DNA of 64,000 nucleotides from an uncultured Chloroflexia bacterium (GCA_963828165.1 CAWHDR010000001.1:800001-864000), one strand, 5' to 3'; positions 1 to 8,749 are shown, counted from the stretch's first letter. Notes: generated by a model from the sequence alone, not told the origin. Numbers and translations: made by a program.

Positions 1-133
1 GGCGCAGCGTCTCGGTCATGTCATGTCTCCGCTGCAGGCGGTTCCGGCCCGGGGCCGCGCGTCCGACGACGGCGGCCAGCCCGGGCATTGATCAGTGGCG
101 TCATCGTACGCCCCGCGTGCGACACTGGCGACC

Positions 134-646
134 ATGACGACACCCGATCTCCCCTCCGACCTGGATCGACTCGCCGAGGTGCGCGCCGCGTACGCGGGCC
201 TGGCTTCCCGTGTCACTGCCGGTGAGCCGTGGCCGCTGGCCGAGCACTTCGGTACGGAACCCGAGGCGTCGTGGGGCCCGCGCGAGGTCCTTGCCCATGT
301 GGCCGAGATGCTTCCCTTCTGGCTCGGCGAGCTGGAGCGGGTCGTCGATGGCGAAGGTGGGGCGCCGGTCCCGTTCGGTCGGATCGCAGACGACGCCTCG
401 CGGATCGGGTTGATCGCGCGCGACCGATCGCTGCCGCTGCGGGTTCTCTTCGCGCAAATCGATGCTGGCCTGGGTGGGTGGATCGAACGATTGCCGACCC
501 TCACCGAGACGGAGGCCGGCAGGATCGGCCAGCACCCGCGCCTGGGCGAGATGCCCGTCGGGGCCATCGCGGAGCGCTTCGTCATCGGGCACGGCGAGGA
601 GCATGTCGTCCAGCTGGAGGGCATCCTGGCGGCGGTCGGCCGCTAG
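134..646 (+). CDS. DinB/YfiT-like four-helix-bundle protein
   Basis: WGPREVLAHVAE, GQHPRLG and HGEEHVVQL motifs; ATG at 134 inside the 95..646 ORF. Confidence 0.75.
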   Translation: MTTPDLPSDLDRLAEVRAAYAGLASRVTAGEPWPLAEHFGTEPEASWGPREVLAHVAEMLPFWLGELERVVDGEGGAPVPFGRIADDASRIGLIARDRSLPLRVLFAQIDAGLGGWIERLPTLTETEAGRIGQHPRLGEMPVGAIAERFVIGHGEEHVVQLEGILAAVGR

Positions 647-658
647 CCCGACCCGCCC

Positions 659-1192
659 GTGTTCATCCTGTACGCCATCCCGATCGGGATCATCGCGGGC
701 TACGTGCTCGGGGGCCGTCTGGATGGACTCGCCGGGATCCCGTTCCGATGGGGCTGGCTCGCGCTCGCCGGCCTGCTCGTCCAGGTGCTGCTCTTCGCCG
801 AGCCGGTGGCCGCGACGATCGGCGCGGCCGGGACGCCGATCTACCTGGGCTCGACCGCGGCCGTCCTTGTCGCGGTCCTGCGAAACCTCGGCATCCCTGG
901 CATCCCGCTCGTCGCCCTCGGCGCGGCCAGCAATCTCCTGGCCATCCTCGTCAACGGCGGGGTGATGCCGGCCTCGCCCGAGGCGGTGGCCGCGCTCGAG
1001 CCCGAAGCCGCCGGATTCTCCAACAGCGCGGTCATGTCCGACCCGGTCCTGCGGCCGTTGACGGACATCTTCACGCTGCCGCCGTGGGTCCCCTTCGCGA
1101 ACGTCTTCAGCGTCGGTGACGTGCTCATCGGACTCGGCGTGGTGACGGTCATCGGCCTGGGAATGCGCCAAAGGGCTACCCAAACCGGCTAG
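659..1192 (+). CDS. DUF5317-like multi-pass membrane protein (possible LspA-like aspartyl peptidase)
   Basis: Hydrophobic 177 aa with GGRLDGL, SNLLAILVNGGVMP, LTDIF and VFSVGD motifs. Confidence 0.8.
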   Translation: MFILYAIPIGIIAGYVLGGRLDGLAGIPFRWGWLALAGLLVQVLLFAEPVAATIGAAGTPIYLGSTAAVLVAVLRNLGIPGIPLVALGAASNLLAILVNGGVMPASPEAVAALEPEAAGFSNSAVMSDPVLRPLTDIFTLPPWVPFANVFSVGDVLIGLGVVTVIGLGMRQRATQTG

Positions 1193-1193
1193 T

Positions 1194-1252
1194 CGTACCA
1201 GTACCGATGGCCTATGGCCGATCGATCCGGTCGGCCGTAGGTTTCTGGTACG
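1194..1252. promoter_or_regulatory. Nested inverted repeat between the DUF5317-like gene and the small peptide gene
   Basis: CGTACCAG(1194-1201)/CTGGTACG(1245-1252) enclosing CCTATGGCCGATCG/CGGTCGGCCGTAGG. Confidence 0.5.
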
Positions 1253-1298
1253 GGGGCACGCAGAGCGCACTCCCAAGTGAGCCCAGAGGGACGCACCC

Positions 1299-1400
1299 AT
1301 GAACACATTCAAGAATCAGACCTTCCGGATCGTCATGTTCCTGTCCGTTCTGGCCAGCTCGAGCCTCGTGCTCATGGCCGGCCGACGCTGGGGACCCTGA
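1299..1400 (+). CDS. 33-aa hydrophobic small peptide MNTFKNQTFRIVMFLSVLASSSLVLMAGRRWGP
   Basis: Hand-translated; AGAGGG RBS at 1285-1290; two hairpins downstream; paralog at 13949-14035. Confidence 0.8.
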   Translation: MNTFKNQTFRIVMFLSVLASSSLVLMAGRRWGP

Positions 1401-1418
1401 CACCCGATCGCATACCAA

Positions 1419-1480
1419 GGACCCGCTGGGGCGGGTCCCGCCAGCCTCTTGAGCGGTCGTCTGCCCAGACGGCCGCTCTT
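1419..1480 (+). terminator. Tandem hairpins after the small peptide gene
   Basis: GGACCCGC/GCGGGTCC (1419-1438) and GAGCGGTCGTCTG/CAGACGGCCGCTC-TT (1451-1480). Confidence 0.6.
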
Positions 1481-1542
1481 CGATTCCCCGGGCATGCGAC
1501 GACGCGGCACCGCAGCCGGGCGAAGCGACTAGATTCCCCGCG

Positions 1543-2064
1543 ATGCCATCGCTTCCGGAGATCGGCTCCAGTCTCCCCGAGGTGGTCCTGCGGACCGCCA
1601 TCGTCTACCTCTTCGTCGTGGTGGCCCTGCGCCTGTCGGGCAAGCGCGAGGTGGGCCAGATGTCCGTCCTCGAGCTCGTGGTCATCCTCGTCATCAGCGA
1701 TGCGGTCCAGAACTCGATGGTCGGCGAGAACACGACGCTGTGGGGCGGCCTCGTCGCGGTCGTCACGCTGCTCGCCATTGACTTCGCCCTCAAGGCGGTC
1801 GCCAAGCGGTCCAAGACCGTCAGCCGGGCCATCGAGGGCGAGCCGCGCCTGCTCGTCCGTGACGGGCGACTGCTGGCCCAGGCGATCAAGGAGGAGGGCC
1901 TCGAGACCGAGGAGGTTCGCGCAGCGATCCGATCGCACGGCCTCGTCGGCCCTGAGGATGTCCGGCTGGCCGTGCTCGAGACCGACGGCTCGATCAGCGT
2001 CATCCCGCGAGACGACGCGGGCCCCGGATCGAACCGACCGCCGAGCGACGAACGCACGACCTGA
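1543..2064 (+). CDS. DUF421/YetF family membrane protein
   Basis: LRLSGKREVGQMS, EGEPRLLVRDG, AVLETDGSISVI. Confidence 0.9.
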   Translation: MPSLPEIGSSLPEVVLRTAIVYLFVVVALRLSGKREVGQMSVLELVVILVISDAVQNSMVGENTTLWGGLVAVVTLLAIDFALKAVAKRSKTVSRAIEGEPRLLVRDGRLLAQAIKEEGLETEEVRAAIRSHGLVGPEDVRLAVLETDGSISVIPRDDAGPGSNRPPSDERTT

Positions 2065-2483
2065 TGCGGGCGGTCGCCACAGCGATCCTGGTGCTGACGC
2101 TCGCCACGCTCGCCGTCGGCGGCTGCAGCCCGCGTCCAACGCGGACCGTGACCATCGGGGGCGAGCCGTGGACCGTCTACCGGGGCGGTGGCGACGGCAT
2201 GCGCGGCTTGCCGGGTTTCGGCGATGTCGACGGGATGCTGTTCGATCCGGAGCAGGACGTCAGCCTCGGCGGGGCGGCCTTCACGATGGAGGGCGTGCCT
2301 TATGCCATCGACATCGCGTGGTTCGACGCGTCGGGTGCCCTGGTGAGCCTCGCCGCGATGGCACCCTGCGAGGCGGCGCCGTGCCCGCTGTACCGGGCCG
2401 AGGGTCCATATCGGTGGGCGATCGAGGCACCGCCCGGGGCGTTCGCCGACCTGGGACCGGACGACCGGCTCGTCGTGGACTAG
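2064..2483 (+). CDS. DUF192 family putative lipoprotein
   Basis: Lipobox-like VGGC; GMLF, FTMEGVPYAIDIAWFD, PCEAAPCPLY, WAIEAPPG. Confidence 0.75.
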   Translation: MRAVATAILVLTLATLAVGGCSPRPTRTVTIGGEPWTVYRGGGDGMRGLPGFGDVDGMLFDPEQDVSLGGAAFTMEGVPYAIDIAWFDASGALVSLAAMAPCEAAPCPLYRAEGPYRWAIEAPPGAFADLGPDDRLVVD

Positions 2484-2839
2484 GACGCCTCGATGGTCCA
2501 GGTACCGCCGCGGCAGACCAGGTACAGCTCGTCGATCTCGGCGCCCTGCTGATCGTGTGCGACCAGCCGGCCCGTGCGGCAGAGCCCGTCGCGTCCGGCG
2601 AAGATCTCGTCGATGACGATCTGCTTGCCGGGCGCGAGCTCCGTGAGCGGCTCCGAGCCGCCGTCGGGGCTCTCGTAGTGGATGCGCACGGTGACGTCCA
2701 TGCCGTTGTCGACCGTGATGCCGTTGGCGGGATCACCGGTCGGAACGGGGTCCGCGCCCCGGCAAGCCTGGCCGCCGAAGGCCAGCAGCACCGCGAGCAA
2801 CGCGATCGCCAGGCCGTGCGACCCTCGGCTCGCCCTCAT
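2480..2839 (-). CDS. Hypothetical secreted/lipoprotein
   Basis: C-terminal part of the 2480..3850 ORF; ATG overlaps the S9 peptidase stop (ATGA); signal peptide ending GGQAC. Confidence 0.6.
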   Translation of the reverse strand: MRASRGSHGLAIALLAVLLAFGGQACRGADPVPTGDPANGITVDNGMDVTVRIHYESPDGGSEPLTELAPGKQIVIDEIFAGRDGLCRTGRLVAHDQQGAEIDELYLVCRGGTWTIEAS

Positions 2840-4833
2840 TTCGTGTCGTCGGCCTCGGTCGGCGGCTCCTCGAGGACATGCGTCTTCAGGAACCGGAGGA
2901 TCCGTTCGAAGGCGTCGCGGCGGTTCTCGCGGCGCTCCCAGCCGTGGCCCTCGTCGTCGTACCAGTGGACCTCGTGGGTCTTGCCCTCGATCTCGAGCGC
3001 CTCGACCATCCGCTCGGTCATCAGGGGCACGACGCGCTTGTCCTTGCGCCCGTGCAGGAGGAGCAGCGGAGCCTCGATCCGCTCGGCTCGATAGACCGGG
3101 GAGCCGCGCCGGAAGAGCTCGGTCAGTGCCGGGTCGTCGGGCGTGCCCATCATCTTGAGGAGGTCCAGGCGCCCCGGTCGGTCGCCGTGACGGAAGCTCT
3201 CCGCGATCTCGGAATCGCCGTAGAGGTCGATGCCGGCCGCGAACATCGCGGGCTCCTCCACGAGCGCGCACAGGACCATGTAGCCGCCATACGACCCGCC
3301 GAAGATCGCGAGTCGCCCGTCGGACCAGGGCTGGTCCGCTGCCCAGCGACCGGCGTCGATGAGGTCGTGCACGTCGGCGTGGCCCCACTCGCCGTGGTTG
3401 GCCTGCCGGAACGCGCGCCCGTAGCCCGTCGACCCGCGGAAGTCGACGTCCAGGAACGCGAAGCCCTCGCGCGCCAGCAGCAGCTTGAACGGCTGGAAGC
3501 TGCGATAGGCCTGCCAGGTCGGTCCGCCGTGCGGGTAGATGACCGTCGGGACCTGCTTGCCGCCGCGCTTCCCGGTCGCGCCGCTCGGCCGCCACAGGGT
3601 GCCCTCGATGCGCAGGCCGTCGCGGGCCTTGATGGCGATCCGCTCGCCGGCGGGCACACGACCCGCGGTCAGGCTGGACGCGAGGACCGCCGGCCTCGAA
3701 TCGGTGACCTGGCGCGGACGTGCTCCGTCGGGTGCCACGCCCGGGACCGGCAGCAGCCACAGGTCCTGGGGCCGGGTCTCGCTCTCGCCGATCGCCGCGA
3801 CCCACGCGCCGTCGGGCAGCCAGCCGATGGCCCGCCACACACCGTCCCACGGCGAGATCCGCTCGGCCTTCGTGGCCGCCGCGACGGTACGCGGGGTCTT
3901 GGGCGGCCGTCCGCGGCCACGTTTGGGCTGGGCCGTCTCGCCCAGGCCGCGCACGATCAGGTCGATCAAGCCGTCGTGGACCTCGATGTGGACGACGCGG
4001 CTGCCGTCCGGCGAGGGAAGCGGAACGTACCCGTAGCCGCCCGATGGCTCGCCGTGCTCGCGCTCTCCGTCGGTGAGGATGATGCGGTCACGGCCATCCG
4101 GGGAACGGCGCACGACCTGGAACCACCCGTCGGCGTCCGACACGTAGACCAGCGCCCCGTCGGGCAGCCACCCCGCGCCGGTGTCGTGGCTGCGCTCGCC
4201 CGCCACGACCTCGCTCTTGCCGGTCGCGATGTCCACGATCGAGATCTGCGAGGTGGTCAGGTCCTCAGGCGATTGTTGGGCCATGACCGCCATCCGGCCC
4301 CCGTCCGGGGACCATGCCATCCGTTCTACATCGAGGCCGCTGGGCGTGAGCGCCACCGCCTTCGGCGGGCGCGGATCCCGCTGCGGGCGACCGCGACGAG
4401 GGACCGGGGCATCGATCAGCCAGACCTGCGACCAGCCGCGTCGGCGCGAAATGAAGGTGATGCGCCGCCCATCCGGCGACCACTGCGGGTCACGACCGCC
4501 GCCGGGCCTGGGGACCACCTTCGTGAACCGGGACCCATCCGCCTCGACGATCCAGATCTCCTCGTCCCGGACGAACGCGAGGCGCCGGCCGTCGGGCGAC
4601 CACTGCGGTTCACCGATCGCCTTCTCTGAGGCGGTGATCTGGGTGGCCGGCGCCCCGGTCCCGCGCAGCGAGAGCGTGAACAGCTGGCGAGCACCGGCGA
4701 CCTCGGACGTATAGGCGACCATGCGCTCCCGTGGGCTGATTCGGAATTCCCGCGGCGATTCGACGGCGACGATGCCCTCGATCGTGAGGCCGGCGGCGCC
4801 GGTGGCCGCTCCCGGACTACGGTCGGTCGGCAT
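2836..4833 (-). CDS. S9 family prolyl oligopeptidase/acylaminoacyl peptidase with PD40 beta-propeller
   Basis: WSPDG repeats, HGGP, GGSYGG, HGRKDKRV, EGHG; ATG overlaps the upstream stop (TGATG). Confidence 0.92.
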   Translation of the reverse strand: MPTDRSPGAATGAAGLTIEGIVAVESPREFRISPRERMVAYTSEVAGARQLFTLSLRGTGAPATQITASEKAIGEPQWSPDGRRLAFVRDEEIWIVEADGSRFTKVVPRPGGGRDPQWSPDGRRITFISRRRGWSQVWLIDAPVPRRGRPQRDPRPPKAVALTPSGLDVERMAWSPDGGRMAVMAQQSPEDLTTSQISIVDIATGKSEVVAGERSHDTGAGWLPDGALVYVSDADGWFQVVRRSPDGRDRIILTDGEREHGEPSGGYGYVPLPSPDGSRVVHIEVHDGLIDLIVRGLGETAQPKRGRGRPPKTPRTVAAATKAERISPWDGVWRAIGWLPDGAWVAAIGESETRPQDLWLLPVPGVAPDGARPRQVTDSRPAVLASSLTAGRVPAGERIAIKARDGLRIEGTLWRPSGATGKRGGKQVPTVIYPHGGPTWQAYRSFQPFKLLLAREGFAFLDVDFRGSTGYGRAFRQANHGEWGHADVHDLIDAGRWAADQPWSDGRLAIFGGSYGGYMVLCALVEEPAMFAAGIDLYGDSEIAESFRHGDRPGRLDLLKMMGTPDDPALTELFRRGSPVYRAERIEAPLLLLHGRKDKRVVPLMTERMVEALEIEGKTHEVHWYDDEGHGWERRENRRDAFERILRFLKTHVLEEPPTEADDTK

Positions 4834-5888
4834 CAGGCTCCGGGCCAGTCCGCCACGGCGCACCAGCGCCCCAGCATCGCGAGGTGCTTGCGAACATGGC
4901 CGTGGAGACAATCCTGCGCCCAACTCCAGCCGTCCGGGGACCGGAGATCCTCGATCGAGAGGGTATCGACCGCCGCCAGCATGGCCGCGCTCGACGCGTC
5001 GTAGCGTGCCAGGACGGCGTCCGGGCTCTCGCCGCGCGCCGCGATCACATGGCGCTCGTTCCAGACGTCGATGCCTTCCTCGGGATCGGCCAGCCAGGTG
5101 CCGCTGGCGTGGTAGGCCTCGATGGCACGGATGCCTTCCGCCGCCCAGTCCGCGAGATGGCCCACGTGATCCTTGAGGGTCCAGCCAGGGGTGACGTCTT
5201 CGCTCCAGCGCCCCTGCGGCACCGTCCGGACGAGCGCGTCGAACTGCGCCCCGATCTCTGCCTCCTGCGCGCGGAAGCCGGGATGGTCGGGCGCCCGCGG
5301 ATCGGCGACGAAGGGGTCGCCGTCGATCTGACGGAGCCGGAGGCCGTCGGTCCACGGCTCGACGACCGCGAGGTGATCGAGATAGTGGCCGTGCAGGACG
5401 AAGTAGACCCAACCCCAGGCCTCATGGCCGCGGATCGACTCGGGCGCGAGGTGCTGCGCGGCCGCCAGCACGCGCGGTCGGGCGGCACTCAGGCGCGCGA
5501 GGATGGCCTCGGCCGACATCGTCGTCCAGGGCGCCCGCCGACGTTCGTTGTAGCGGTCGAAGTCACCGCCGTCGTAGTCGTCGTCCGACGGCCAGCGGCC
5601 CGTCCCGATCGCTGCCGGGATGTAGTCGGCCGCGAGCTCCTGCCAGTCGGCGATGTGACCGATGTGCTCCGCGAGCGACCAGTCCGGCCCGCCTGCGTCG
5701 GACGGCGCCGCACCGGGAAGGTGCCAGGCTGCGTCGTCGAGACCGGCCCACGTCGCGATGAGGCGATCCCAGAGGGCGGCCTCGTCGGCCCACAGGTCGC
5801 GCTCGGCGTCGCGCAGGTCCACGGCGCGGACGTCCGCCAAGGTCGCTCGGCGAAGGTCGACCGTCGCCGTGGTCATGGGCGCCGTCAT
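4833..5888 (-). CDS. Tandem DinB/ClbS-DfsB-like domain protein
   Basis: Two repeats of W-S/T-L-x-D/E-H-x-G-H-x-A-D-W ... HGHxxxHL. Confidence 0.75.
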   Translation of the reverse strand: MTAPMTTATVDLRRATLADVRAVDLRDAERDLWADEAALWDRLIATWAGLDDAAWHLPGAAPSDAGGPDWSLAEHIGHIADWQELAADYIPAAIGTGRWPSDDDYDGGDFDRYNERRRAPWTTMSAEAILARLSAARPRVLAAAQHLAPESIRGHEAWGWVYFVLHGHYLDHLAVVEPWTDGLRLRQIDGDPFVADPRAPDHPGFRAQEAEIGAQFDALVRTVPQGRWSEDVTPGWTLKDHVGHLADWAAEGIRAIEAYHASGTWLADPEEGIDVWNERHVIAARGESPDAVLARYDASSAAMLAAVDTLSIEDLRSPDGWSWAQDCLHGHVRKHLAMLGRWCAVADWPGA

Positions 5889-6754
5889 CGGGTGCGCGGA
5901 CCCTCCCTGGGGGGCACGTCGAGGCTGGATTCGAGCTGGTCGCCGAGCTCGACCGTGCGCCGGAACGCCGCCCAGACAGCCTCCGACATCACGGTCCGGA
6001 GGCGGCCGCTCTCCAGCTCGTGCAGCGCCGCGGCCGATGTTCCGCCGGGGCTCGTGACCATGTTGCGCAGCTCAGCCGGATGCATGCCGGATTGCTTCGC
6101 GAAGAGCGTCGACCCTTCGAGCGTCTCGATCACGAGGTCGTGGGCGACGTGTCGCGGGAAGCCAAGGTGCACGGCCGCGTCGATGAGCGCCTCCATGACG
6201 AGGAAGACGTAGGTCGGCCCGGTCCCGCTGACCGCGGTGGCCATCGCGACCATCTTCTCGTCGTCGACCTCGAGCTGGAGGCCGAGCGCCCCGAGCAGTG
6301 CGGCCGCCTGGGCGCGCTGCGCCTCGGTCGTCTCGGGGGTGGCGTACCAGACCGTCACGCCCTTGCCGAGGCGGGCGGGCGTATTCGGCATGCTGCGGAC
6401 CACCTGGTCGTGCCCGAGGATCCCGGTGAGGGCCGCGGTCGTGGCGCCGGCGAGGACGCTCAGGACCAATTGGCCGCGGCGCAGGTGGGGACCGATCTCG
6501 CGGCCGACCTTGTTCAGCATCTGGGGCTTGATGCCCAGCAGGATCACGTCCGCGTCCCGCACCGCGTCGAGGTTGTCGGCCACGGTCCGGATGCCGTATT
6601 CGCGCTCAAGGGCGTCGCGGCGCTCGGCTCGGGGATGGCTCGCGACGACGCGTGCCGGCTCGACGAGCGCGCCGCGCAGCAGGCCCGCGATCATGGCCTC
6701 GGCCATGACCCCAGAGCCGACCGTGGCGATCGTCGCGTTCGCGAGGGGGGACAT
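5885..6754 (-). CDS. proC: Pyrroline-5-carboxylate reductase
   Basis: GSGVMAEA, VRSMPNTP, SGTGPTY, VTSPGGTS. Confidence 0.97.
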   Translation of the reverse strand: MSPLANATIATVGSGVMAEAMIAGLLRGALVEPARVVASHPRAERRDALEREYGIRTVADNLDAVRDADVILLGIKPQMLNKVGREIGPHLRRGQLVLSVLAGATTAALTGILGHDQVVRSMPNTPARLGKGVTVWYATPETTEAQRAQAAALLGALGLQLEVDDEKMVAMATAVSGTGPTYVFLVMEALIDAAVHLGFPRHVAHDLVIETLEGSTLFAKQSGMHPAELRNMVTSPGGTSAAALHELESGRLRTVMSEAVWAAFRRTVELGDQLESSLDVPPREGPRTR

Positions 6755-6821
6755 CGGCCGGAGTATAGCGACGCGGTCGCCGGGCTCCTCGAACGTCTCA
6801 CGGGGTCGCGGCGTGACCGGA

Positions 6822-7814
6822 TCAGGCGGCGCGAGCCGTTGCCGTCAGGAAGAAGCGGCCGGTCGTGGTGACCTCGACATCCTCGAAACCCGCCTTGCGG
6901 AGGGCGCTCGCCAGCTCGTCGGGCGTGTAGAACACCTTGACGATCGTGAATTCGCGCCCGTCGGACAACCGGCGCAACGAGAGGTCGTTCGCGGGCTCCG
7001 GATGGTCGGCCGCACTGGAGGCAGGGTCCGGCAGGGAATCGATGCAGGCCAGGCGCCCATCGGATCTGAGCCAGCGCCGCGCGAGGGCCAGGAACTCGCC
7101 GAGTCGATCGCGCGGGACGTGACTCAGCCAGAACCCAAGGAACAGCCCGTCCACCGCGCGGTCGGGCTCGGCCCACGCGTCGCGCACGTGCAGGTGGGCG
7201 CGCAGGTCGTGCGCCACCAGGCGCTCGCGCGCCCGATCGAGCGCCGCGGGCGAGGCGTCGTACAGGGACAGCTCGCCGCGGGACGCGAGCAACGGCGACC
7301 ACCAGCCCGTCCCGGCAGCCAGCTCCACGATCTCGCCCTCCCAGGGCAGGGCATCCAGCCATCGGCCGGCGCTGTCGAGCTCGGCATGCCAGGCGGCGTC
7401 ATGGATCGCGCCCCGCGCGTATCGGCCGCGGCGCAGGTACCAATCGTCGTACTCCGGAGCGCGAGCCTCGTAGTAATCGACCATCGAGCGCTCGGGGTCG
7501 ACCGCGGCGGTCGGGGAGCCCGTCGCGCCGGGCGGCGACACGCTCATCGGTTGCCCCGCGGCCGTGCCGCCAGAGGAGGCCGTGACGGCGTTCTCGGCCG
7601 GCGGCGCCGCCTCGCGCTCCGTCGCCACGCCGTTCCGCGCCGCCGCCGATCGCTCGGTCAATGCCTGGCGCAGACGGAAGCGAAGGAACCCGTTGTCGCC
7701 AGCCTTGCCGACGCAGTCCGGGCAGAGCTGCGCCCAGCCTTCCAGGTCGTCCGGCGATCGGACCGTGTGGGCGGTGCCGCACCACAGGCACGAGAACGAC
7801 GCGAGGAAGGGCAA
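6822..7814 (-). CDS. Class I SAM methyltransferase with N-terminal CxxC...CxxC domain
   Basis: TTG start just after the upstream stop; CLWC...CPDC; YYEARAPEYDDW, VELAAGTGWW, FWLSHVP. Confidence 0.75.
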   Translation of the reverse strand: MPFLASFSCLWCGTAHTVRSPDDLEGWAQLCPDCVGKAGDNGFLRFRLRQALTERSAAARNGVATEREAAPPAENAVTASSGGTAAGQPMSVSPPGATGSPTAAVDPERSMVDYYEARAPEYDDWYLRRGRYARGAIHDAAWHAELDSAGRWLDALPWEGEIVELAAGTGWWSPLLASRGELSLYDASPAALDRARERLVAHDLRAHLHVRDAWAEPDRAVDGLFLGFWLSHVPRDRLGEFLALARRWLRSDGRLACIDSLPDPASSAADHPEPANDLSLRRLSDGREFTIVKVFYTPDELASALRKAGFEDVEVTTTGRFFLTATARAA

Positions 7815-7816
7815 GG

Positions 7817-8749
7817 TCAGCCGACCGGGACGGGGGTCCAGCCGCCGGGCGGGGCGATGTCCACGAACCCGGCCGGGTCCATGATCTCGGCGAGGAGCTC
7901 GATCCCGTCGATCACCCGTGGACCGGGCCGCGAGAAGTACGCCGAGCCATCCACGGCGAACACCGCCCCGCGCTGGACCGCCGGGAGCTCGGCCAGCCAC
8001 GGCGGGATCGGCGTCCGCGCCCAGTCGCGGACCGTCTCCGAGAGGTGGAGGCCGCACGGCATCAGGAACAGCATCTCGGGATCCACTTCGGCGACGGCGT
8101 CCCATGTCGTCGGATGCGCCTTCTCGCCGTCCGAGCCGAGCAGGTCCCAGCCGCCGGCGCGGCGGATCTGTTCCGGTACCCAATGACCGACGGCGAACGG
8201 CGGGTCGAGCCACTCGAGCCCGACCACCCGCGGCGCACGGTGACCGGCCTCTCGACGCGCCGCGACCCGTTGCTCGATCGCCCCGAGCCGCTCGCGCAGC
8301 GCTTCGACGACGTCGATCGCGGCATCCTCGACCTCGGCCATCGCCCCGACGGTGGTGATGGTGTTGAGGATCCCCTCGATCGATGTCGGCTCGAGCGAGA
8401 CGACCGTGATCTCGGCATCGATCCGACGAGCGACCTCGTTCACCTCGCGGTAGCTGACCGCGCACACGCGGCACAGCTCCTGGGTCAGGATGAGGTCGGG
8501 CTTGACCGCGGCCAGCGCCTCCTCGTCGAGCTCGTACAGCGACGATCCGCCGTGCATCGAGGCGGTGACCCGCGCATGGATGTCGCGCGACGACACCTCC
8601 GTCAGATCCTGCACGCTCCGCGTGACCACCGGCTTGCCCACGACCGACGGTGGCCAGTCGCACTCATGCGTGACGGCGACGAGCTCGTCCTGCAGCCCGA
8701 TCGCACAGACGATCTCGGTGGCTGACGGGAGGAGGGAAACGATACGCAT
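7817..8749 (-). CDS. Cobalamin/Fe-siderophore-binding (BtuF-like) protein without signal peptide
   Basis: MRIVSLLPSATEI, THECDWP, TQELCRVCAV, FSRPGPR. Confidence 0.85.
   Translation of the reverse strand: MRIVSLLPSATEIVCAIGLQDELVAVTHECDWPPSVVGKPVVTRSVQDLTEVSSRDIHARVTASMHGGSSLYELDEEALAAVKPDLILTQELCRVCAVSYREVNEVARRIDAEITVVSLEPTSIEGILNTITTVGAMAEVEDAAIDVVEALRERLGAIEQRVAARREAGHRAPRVVGLEWLDPPFAVGHWVPEQIRRAGGWDLLGSDGEKAHPTTWDAVAEVDPEMLFLMPCGLHLSETVRDWARTPIPPWLAELPAVQRGAVFAVDGSAYFSRPGPRVIDGIELLAEIMDPAGFVDIAPPGGWTPVPVG

Noticed and set aside
1-19. Possible minus-strand gene start MTETLR with GGAG RBS
   Set aside because: Only six codons in the window; cannot be identified
1277-3094. 605-aa ORF and the many other long Arg/Pro/Gly-rich overlapping ORFs (e.g. 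35160-37928, 43493-45919)
   Set aside because: Shadow frames of high-GC genes; no motifs, and they overlap well-supported CDS
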